A DNA stretch of 64,000 bases, from the NCBI RefSeq assembly GCF_964213995.1, contig NC_135801.1, positions 96,038,001 through 96,102,000 on the forward strand, written 5' to 3'. Under the pieces are notes generated by a model that was not told the origin of the DNA, did no database searches, and saw only the letters and a list, made by a program, of their open reading frames with translations. Source of the stretch: Mustelus asterias. Lineage: Eukaryota. The translations under genes were made by a program, and so were the position numbers. Positions 61,392 through 64,000 of this stretch are shown here, piece by piece (the stretch's first letter is position 1; each line of letters opens with the position of its first letter).

Positions 61392-62310
61392 GGGGCTCGA
61401 TTTTACCAAAACTTGGCGGAAAGTTGGGCATCGGGCCTATACCGCGATCTGCACCCGATTCCGAGCAGATCGTGGCTTTACCAACACCCGATTTGGGTGC
61501 GGGTCCGGCCTGTGCCCGAATCGGGCGGCCCGATGATTTAAATGCATTTGTATGCATTTAAGTCGACAGTGAACCACGCGCCCAACCCTACCACCAAATC
61601 CCACTTTACCGTCTTCTGGCCCGTTCTGCATCCACGCTGTAAGCGACCTGCAAAATAAAAGTCTGAAGTCGTCACTGCAGCTTCCGAAGAGCAGGATCAG
61701 AGCCTGCAACGGCTCTCTGACCCAGGTCATCCTCTGGGGGGGGTGGGGCCAGATCATCCTCTGGTCGGCAGGGGTGGGGTGGGGGGTTCCGCTGCCAGTC
61801 TGCGGCTGATCGGTGGGGAGGGAGGGGGCAGGGGGGTCCGCCGCCACTCTGCGGGCGATCCCTCCTCCCCACCGGAGGAATGAATCCCTCCTGCCGGAGT
61901 GGACGTGCGGCCATGCCATCCCACAAAACCTTCAGGATGAAGCAATTCCTTGCTAAGAAGATGAAGCAGAACCGGCCGATTCCACAGTGGATCCACATGA
62001 AAACCGGCTACAGGATCAGTACAAGTCCAAGAGGAGACTGTAAAGGGATACACCATCATTGGTACACTGCCGGCCAGAGCCATCTCTCCCGGTCTCTTGC
62101 CCCTGCAGGGAAAAGAATCTGTGGCTGGTAGTGTACCAGTGATGGTGTATCCCTTTACAGGCCCAGCTTGGTCCTTCTCCAGTGTCTCCTCTTGGACTTG
62201 TACTGATCTTGTAGCTGGTTTTCATGCGGATCCATTTTCACGCGGATGAAAAAAACATTTCAGAGATGCAAACTGAACGAGCCCCGACACTGGGAGTTTT
62301 TAAAATTCAT
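61392..62310. mobile_element. GC-rich MITE-like element containing an RPL39 retrocopy
   Basis: ggggctcgattttacc start, CpG-rich body resembling the other GC-rich elements. Right end is uncertain. Confidence 0.5.
61913..62234 (+). pseudogene. RPL39: Processed RPL39 pseudogene with partial inverted duplication
   Basis: Intronless [32 protein letters not shown] followed by a frameshift. The inverted copy at 62130-62234 encodes WIRMKT...KRRHWRRTKLGL*. Confidence 0.9.
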
Positions 62311-63554
62311 TCATTTTGGAAACTTCTAACTCATGACTCTGTTTCGATAACTTTACTGCCTTTTTTCCTGTGCACATGCACAAGTAAAACTTTCAAACAG
62401 TGTCAGGAGTTAGTGATTTTAAAAGACTAGAATTAGTCAAATATTTTTCCTGCTGGTTAACAGATTGGTGACAATCTGTAATACAAACTATAATTGAATG
62501 AACAAAGGGAGAAGTTGGAATAATTTATTTTCAGACTGTTTAGAACATAAAATATTTTTTTCTGAGGAAAAATGTAAAGTCTGAGCTTTCTGTGCCTCTT
62601 TGTTCTTTTTGGTATTGGCTGGCTGAATTTCCCTTAAGCATAATAGGCAATTGGATGCTGAGTGATGTCTGATGTTGCTGCACACATCTCTGCAGCGTGA
62701 AGTCGAAAGAACAAGTACCCTGATTCTGCCCAGGTGCCAGAATGCTAACTGCACAACCCCAGCAGCAGTGAAGCACTTAACTGCCCAGATGAGCAAAACC
62801 TGGCCTCATTTTTCAAGCTTTGGCCTTGTAATTTAACCATGGTCATTCCAGTATCCAATTTGTTTCAAAAGAACTCCAAACGACCTTGCTGAAATCTCTG
62901 CTGCTTTCATTGTCTGACAAAATAGGATGCTGCAGCTGGCCAGTAACACAGCTATGATCCCCAAAAAGCACATCAATGCATCTAATTTCACCCTTCACAT
63001 ATTGACGGCTCAGTAATAAATGTTGGTGTAAAAGAAGATGCCATGCAACCCCTTCATTGCCGTAAGCTTGCTGTTACTTACTTGCCTTGCTTAAAAATTC
63101 ATGTGTTTTCTCCCAAAAGGCAGATCAGGTCTTGCACTTAAAGCAGGCATGTACAACTATTCCCTGCCCCCTCTGAATTTCCTATAGTTTTACTTGGTGG
63201 GTTTATTTTGTAGTAGTCACTGAAAATTTTGATGGCAACTGGTTATATCCGGTCTCTTCCCCTTTACATAACTACATTCTAATCAGTTTGGATTGGTGTT
63301 TGTTGTAACCACTATTCTGTGCAAATTTAAGTTTGAAAAAAAAAGTGGGAGTGAAAACTATGATGGCAATGGGCTTGCCCCAGTTGGTCCTATTATACAT
63401 TCAGCATGTATTTAATACCAATGTTCTAGGAATTATAGAATTGTACAACATAGGAAAAGGCAATTCAGCTCAATAAGTATGTATCAATCCAATTCATCTT
63501 ACTCCTTCAGTTAATTGCACTCTGTTCCTTCCCCATATCCTTGCAAATATTTAT

Positions 63555-63805
63555 TAAATTCTAGACCTAATAATGTGTAATGAGACAGGATTAATTAATG
63601 GTTTCAAGGTAAAGGAACCTCATGATAGCAGTGATCATAACATGATTGAGTTTCACATTCAGTTTGAGAATGAGAAGTGTGGTTCTAAGATTAGTGTTTT
63701 AAACATTTATAAAGGCAATCACAAGGGTATGAGGACAGAGCTGGTTGATGTGAACTAAGAAATTAAGTTAAAAGGTAAGACTGTAGAGATGCAATGCCAG
63801 ACATT
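63555..63805 (+). mobile_element. CR1 endonuclease-region fragment
   Basis: SSDHNMIEF motif. Confidence 0.7.
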
Positions 63806-64000
63806 AAAGTTTATTTATTGTCACAAGTAGGCTTACATTAACACTACAATGAAATTACTGTGAAAATCCCCTAGTTGCCATACTCCAGCACCTGTCTGGG
63901 TACACTGGGAGAATTTGGCATAGCCAATGCACCTAACCAGCATGTATTTCAGACTGTGGGAGGAAACTGGAGCACCCAGAGGAAATCCACGCAGACACGG
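63805..64000 (-). mobile_element. V-SINE variant, runs off the window edge
   Basis: Tail and core. Confidence 0.8.

Noticed and set aside
62488-62796. 102-aa ORF on - upstream of the LRR gene
   Set aside because: No recognisable motif, and the LRR gene already has a signal-peptide start exon.
1-64000. CRISPR arrays, operons or prokaryotic defence systems
   Set aside because: The sequence is intron-containing vertebrate DNA, and no regularly spaced repeat-spacer array was seen.

Overview
Eukaryotic, repeat-rich vertebrate DNA. The SINE/LINE complement (V-domain HE1-type SINEs sharing a 3' tail with CR1/HER1-type LINEs) points to a shark or other elasmobranch. Two convergent spliced genes can be assembled by hand from the sequence. 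(1) On +, the last 8 coding exons of ZCCHC4, the 28S rRNA m6A methyltransferase (7105-31821; DPPF motif, Cys-rich region, CCHC knuckle). Its 5' exons are not in the window. (2) On -, a complete, phase-consistent 7-exon gene (55720-40926) encoding a 404-aa type I membrane protein: signal peptide, about 9 LRRs plus LRRCT, one TM helix and a short tail with no TIR domain. I cannot assign it to a named gene. Other notable structures: a ~1.1 kb near-perfect Penelope-derived palindrome just upstream of the LRR gene, Penelope remnants carrying minimal hammerhead-ribozyme motifs, an RPL39 retrocopy folded into an inverted repeat inside a MITE-like element, two solo LTRs with 5-bp TSDs, nested transposon stacks, and possible antisense exon or pseudogene remnants in ZCCHC4 introns. 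There is a 200-N assembly gap at 35960-36159. Exon coordinates were counted by hand; repeat boundaries are approximate.
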